64,000 bases of DNA from Nitrospirota bacterium. GTDB lineage: Bacteria > Nitrospirota > UBA9217. Positions 62,857 to 64,000 of the stretch are shown here, piece after piece. The notes beneath the pieces were generated by a model, which saw nothing but the letters and a program-made list of their open reading frames with translations, did no database searches and was not told the origin of the DNA. The first letter of the stretch is position 1, and each line of letters opens with the position of its first letter. The position numbers and the translations under genes were made by a program. Location: contig CAVVUN010000015.1 of assembly GCA_963751455.1 (NCBI GenBank), positions 1,088,001 through 1,152,000 of the forward strand. The letters run 5' to 3'.

Positions 62857-62901
62857 TGCGTTTTGGAGGAATCTATATCGATCCCGAAACTGCTCTCTTT
62901 A

Positions 62902-63123
62902 CTATGCTTCCTTGTGGCGTGTTTCCTCTCTTAACGATGATATCCCGAGCAGTTTATACGCCGGACAGAAGCCCACGCTGCTCGTCACGAGAAAGATCAC
63001 TGCAAAGATCCCCAGAATAATTGCCGCTATGCCGGTAAGCTGGCCTGTAAAATACAGGATGCCAACGATCACGGCAAGAATTGTCCTAAGCACCCGGTCA
63101 ACAACTCCCATGTTTTTTTTCAT
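62902..63123 (-). CDS. DUF2892 (YgaP-like) membrane protein
   Basis: NMG.VDRVLR..GFCPAY.LLGISS; SD GGAGG. Confidence 0.9.
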   Translation of the reverse strand: MKKNMGVVDRVLRTILAVIVGILYFTGQLTGIAAIILGIFAVIFLVTSSVGFCPAYKLLGISSLREETRHKEA

Positions 63124-63282
63124 CGTTCTCACCTCCATCTTATAAAGCCGAACGCCTGAACAATGCCGGTGGCGAGTCCGATGCAAATGAGGCATGCCAA
63201 GCTAAATTAATATCCTTTCAGAACTATTGGCATGGAATCCCGACGCGATCATTTCTCTTAATTTAAGTATACCACCCCGTAA

Positions 63283-64000
63283 TCAGGCCGCCAATTTTCC
63301 CAGTTCCTGTGCCGGAGACTTCCCGAGGAACCGGTATTCGCCTATATTCTGTTTTCTGGCTTCCTGCTGTCCGGCCTCGATTCTTGCTTCTATGGACGCC
63401 TTTGAGAAATCCGAGGGGCTTCTGAGTTCTGCGGCGGCAGTGAAGGGTATCATCGTAAAGGCGTCAATGCGTCTGTGGTCCAGCAGGCCTTTGAACCCGG
63501 GATGATCCTGGAGCTCGTGAACCGTGGCGCCCCTGCCTGCGGATGCCAGTGCGTCGTTCAGCTCCTTTTTGAGTTTTTCGTCGGCATTTATCGTTTTCAG
63601 AATAAAATCGATGTTTTCGGCCAGGTCCATGAATTCCGAATAGTTCACAAACAATTTCTTATCGAGTTCGAGCTTGCTGGCGAAGATCAAATTGAAGAAG
63701 CGGGAAATGACTTCCTCCATGGTGTTCGGTATCGTTCCCTGCATGGGGACCAGCTCGACAACAATGATTTCGCGTTTTACCCCGCGGCTGCGTGCCCCGC
63801 ATCGTTCGAGGCAGTTGATCGCCTCAGACAGGGGGGTGTTCGAGTGAACGCCGCCGTCCCAGTAATAGCCGTCCTTTATCCGGGTCATAGGGAATGCCGG
63901 CGGCAGGCTTCCGCTCGCGAGGATATGATCGATCGATAAGTCCTGTTCGTTCTCGAATTTTCCGCCCTCGCGTATACTCAGTGCGTTTCCGAATTTCGCG
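63283..64000 (-). CDS. Patatin-like phospholipase, C-terminal part (5' end outside the window)
   Basis: ASGSLPPAFP, YWDGG..SNTPL, DFS.ASI. Confidence 0.85.
   Translation of the reverse strand, partial: AKFGNALSIREGGKFENEQDLSIDHILASGSLPPAFPMTRIKDGYYWDGGVHSNTPLSEAINCLERCGARSRGVKREIIVVELVPMQGTIPNTMEEVISRFFNLIFASKLELDKKLFVNYSEFMDLAENIDFILKTINADEKLKKELNDALASAGRGATVHELQDHPGFKGLLDHRRIDAFTMIPFTAAAELRSPSDFSKASIEARIEAGQQEARKQNIGEYRFLGKSPAQELGKLAA

Overview
Bacterial chromosomal segment. Gene content and repeat families suggest a Nitrospirota- or deltaproteobacteria-like organism (inference only). Scattered single-base frameshifts suggest a long-read assembly. Left to right: pncA/pncB NAD salvage; a partial T2SS/T4P-like cluster; an ~17.6 kb polymorphic-toxin island bracketed by a ~68 bp direct repeat (lipoprotein, a Sec-signal SpvB/FG-GAP/Rhs toxin with a JAB-like tip plus immunity gene, a start-less near-identical Rhs copy with a different tip, a CAAX protease and other candidate immunity genes); a Wsp-like chemosensory operon ending in a diguanylate cyclase; housekeeping genes; tRNA-Ala(CGC) followed by three 167 bp tRNA-linked repeats; and a defence island (AAA_14 ATPase, SNF2-DUF3883/DUF1156/DUF499 restriction-like system with two embedded gene pairs, RES-Xre, HicAB). 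The most unusual signal is at 45.27-46.20 kb. Four ~100 bp cassettes with unrelated interiors, each bounded by the inverted repeat TTYACCCCGTTAGAGA...TCTCTAACGGGGTDAA, lie directly upstream of a small GIY-YIG nuclease gene. Related elements occur elsewhere in the window, inserted into genes and at truncation breakpoints. A second 42 bp mini-element is nested inside itself in-frame in an HDAC gene. All assignments come from motif recognition by eye; no searches were run.
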